Assembly (NCBI GenBank): GCA_951406725.2
Contig: OX597817.1
Coordinates: 162,688,001 to 162,752,000, forward strand
Length of the DNA: 64,000 bases
Direction: 5' to 3'
From: Octopus vulgaris
Lineage: Eukaryota
The translations under genes were made by a program, and so were the position numbers. The notes below the pieces were generated by a model. That model was not told the origin of the DNA. It searched no databases and worked only from the letters and a program-made list of their open reading frames with translations. Shown here piece by piece: positions 61,474 through 64,000 of the stretch; the stretch's first letter is position 1; every line of letters starts with the position of its first letter.

Positions 61474-64000
61474 CTATAAGAACAAAAAATTTGGATATAT
61501 TGCCTATTATAAAACTATAAGCAATTAATTAAACAGAAATTTTAGCAACAAAATCCCAAATTGACCCCCAGCAGCCATATCAACACTAGAAGCAAAGTAC
61601 AGCTCTAGTGGACCCCCTGATTCTCTTACTCTTTTCAGTCATTTGACTGCGGCCATGCTGGAGCACTGCTTTTAGTCGAGCTAATCGACCCCAGGGCTTA
61701 TTCTTTATACTTATTCTATTGGTCTCTTTTTGCCGAACGGCTAAGTTACGGGGACGTAAACACACCAGCATCGGTCGTCAAGCAACGTCGGGGGAACAAA
61801 CATAGACACACAAACACATATATATACATATACATATATGCGACGGGCTTCTTTTCAGTTTCTGTCTACCAAATCCACTCACAAGGCTTTGGTCGGCCTG
61901 AGGCTATAGTAGAAGACACTTGCCCAAGGTGCCACGCAGTGGGACTGAACCTGGAACCATGTGATTGGTAAGCAAGCTACTTTCTACACAGTCACTCCTG
62001 CACCTTATAGTATTATAAAACTATAAGCAATTAATTAAACAGAAATTTTAGCAACAAAATCCTAAATTGACCCATAGCAGCCATACCAACACTAGAAGCA
62101 TAGTACAGCTCTGGTGGACCCTCCGATTTGTATTTCTGGCTCATTAGCCTGCCTTAACCCTTTTAATAATTAATAATAATTAGTAAATTATTAATAATTA
62201 ATAATAATTAGTAAATTAACCAAAACCAAAATCTCATGATAAAAATGAATAATTAGTAAATTATTATTAATAATAATTATTATTAATAATTAATAATAAT
62301 TAGTAAATGAATAATTAGTAAATTAACCAAAACCAAAATCTCATGATAAAAATGAATAATTAGTAAATTATTATTAATAATAATTATTATTAATAATTAA
62401 TAATAATTAGTAAATGAATAATTAGTAAATTAACCAAAACCAAAATCTCATGATAAAAATGAATAATTAGTAAATTATTATTAATAATAATTATTATTAA
62501 TAATTAATAATAATTAGTAAATGAATAATTAGTAAATTAACCAAAACCAAAATCTCTCATGATAAAAATGAATAATTAGTAAATTATTATTAATAATAAT
62601 TATTATTAATAATTAATAATAATTAGTAAATGAATAATTAGTAAACTAACCAAAACCAAAATCGTATGATAAAAATGAATAATTAGTAAATTATTATTAA
62701 TAATAATTATTATTAATAATTAATAATAATTAGTAAATTAACCAAAACCAAAATCTCATGATAAAAATGAATAATTAGTAAATTATTATTAATAATAATT
62801 ATTATTAATTAATAATAATTAGTAAATGAATAATTAGTAAATTAACCAAAACCAAAATCTCATGATAAAAATGAATAATTAGTAAATTATTATTAATAAT
62901 AATTATTATTAATAATTAATAATAATTAGTAAATGAATAATTAGTAAATTAACCAAAACCAAAATCTCATGATAAAAATGAATAATTAGTAAATTATTAT
63001 TAATAATAATTATTATTAATAATTAATAATAATTAGTAAATGAATAATTAGTAAATTATCCTGCATCTGATAGGATTATCTAGCATTGGTAAAGACAGTG
63101 GTTTCTGTCAATTTTTATTCTTAATAATATTTTTCTCTTTGAATTCTTCTTTCACAAACAAGAAACTGGAGAATGCAAATCCTTTCTATAGCAACTAAAT
63201 AGTTCAAAAGATAGATGATCCTTGAGAATGAAGCTAACTAATCCATTCAGTCAAACAAAACAAAACAAAAAACTAATTCAAAAGAAATTTTTGAACTTGT
63301 TCAGTTACAAACTGTGATTTTGTTTAAATATTAGAAAAATATTTGCACCATTATTATTATTATTATTATAGTCATTGCACAGTAAACAATATCATGAGGT
63401 TGTTGATTGAAAATATTGCTTAACAACAACCACAACAACAGCAGCAGAGGCAGGTGACCACTAGAGCTGCAAAAGCAACAGCAACATCTATCAAGCAACA
63501 ACAAGAACAACAACAATGGCAAACAGAACAAAGAATTCACCAACATTTATGGTTTCCACACAGCGAACAGCAGCAAAAACAACATCAGAACACTCCAAAA
63601 CAACAACTTTATCAATAGAACAACAACAAAAAGTCCTACAAATTTGTCCCTCACCTATCAGGGCAGCCAGGCGTGTCCTGCACTGGAATGGTGCTGACAA
63701 AAGAGTCTGAATGGCAAAAGGTCAACAGGTGAAACAACAACACAAAAATCTGACAGGTAGGATCAGAGGTGGGAAACACCTTTGAAAACAAATTGACAAA
63801 TATTTCCACCGACAGCAGTCACACTAGAGCCGTCAACAACAACAATGATCACTACCGTCGACACCACCCTCACAAGCACAACCCAATTCACACACACAAC
63901 TCTCAAATGTCTCAACACCAGCAAAGGTCAAACATTCTGAACTACACAGCAATAAACACAAACAATAAAGACCCAAGGGGTCACACACATAACCATACAG

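Larger units (their letters stand above)
52135..64000. repeat. Near-perfect ~4.98-kb tandem array (at least 2.3 units, runs off the window)
   Basis: ctgcatctgatagg at 53098, 58078 and 63061; identical ORF-track entries at offsets 4980-4983. Confidence 0.97.

Overview
AT-rich, repeat-dense eukaryotic genomic DNA. The SINE/RTE repertoire and the gene type fit an octopod cephalopod, most likely Octopus (inference). The core is a cluster of four tandem C2H2 zinc-finger genes with no effector domain: ZNF1 (+, 22 fingers), ZNF2 (-, 13), ZNF3 (+, 23) and ZNF4 (+, 27). Each CDS lies in a single last exon behind a conserved splice acceptor. The genes sit among tRNA-derived SINEs, RTE/CR1/CRE/R4/Tx1-type LINE fragments, MITEs, a gypsy solo LTR and DNA-transposon relics. 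From about 52.1 kb the window is a near-perfect ~4.98-kb tandem array whose junctions lie in a 107-bp AT-rich minisatellite. The ORF track misses a minus-strand spliced gene there: every complete unit carries a symmetric 57-nt phase-1 exon and a short stop-containing exon, and a unique terminal exon at 49.8 kb encodes a GPI-anchor-like signal. Other notable items are a finger-CR1 chimeric insertion, a fossil terminal finger behind position-matched stops, finger-block exchange between paralogs, a convergent pair of hammerhead-ribozyme motifs and several inverted repeats. All comparisons were made by eye; no searches were run.
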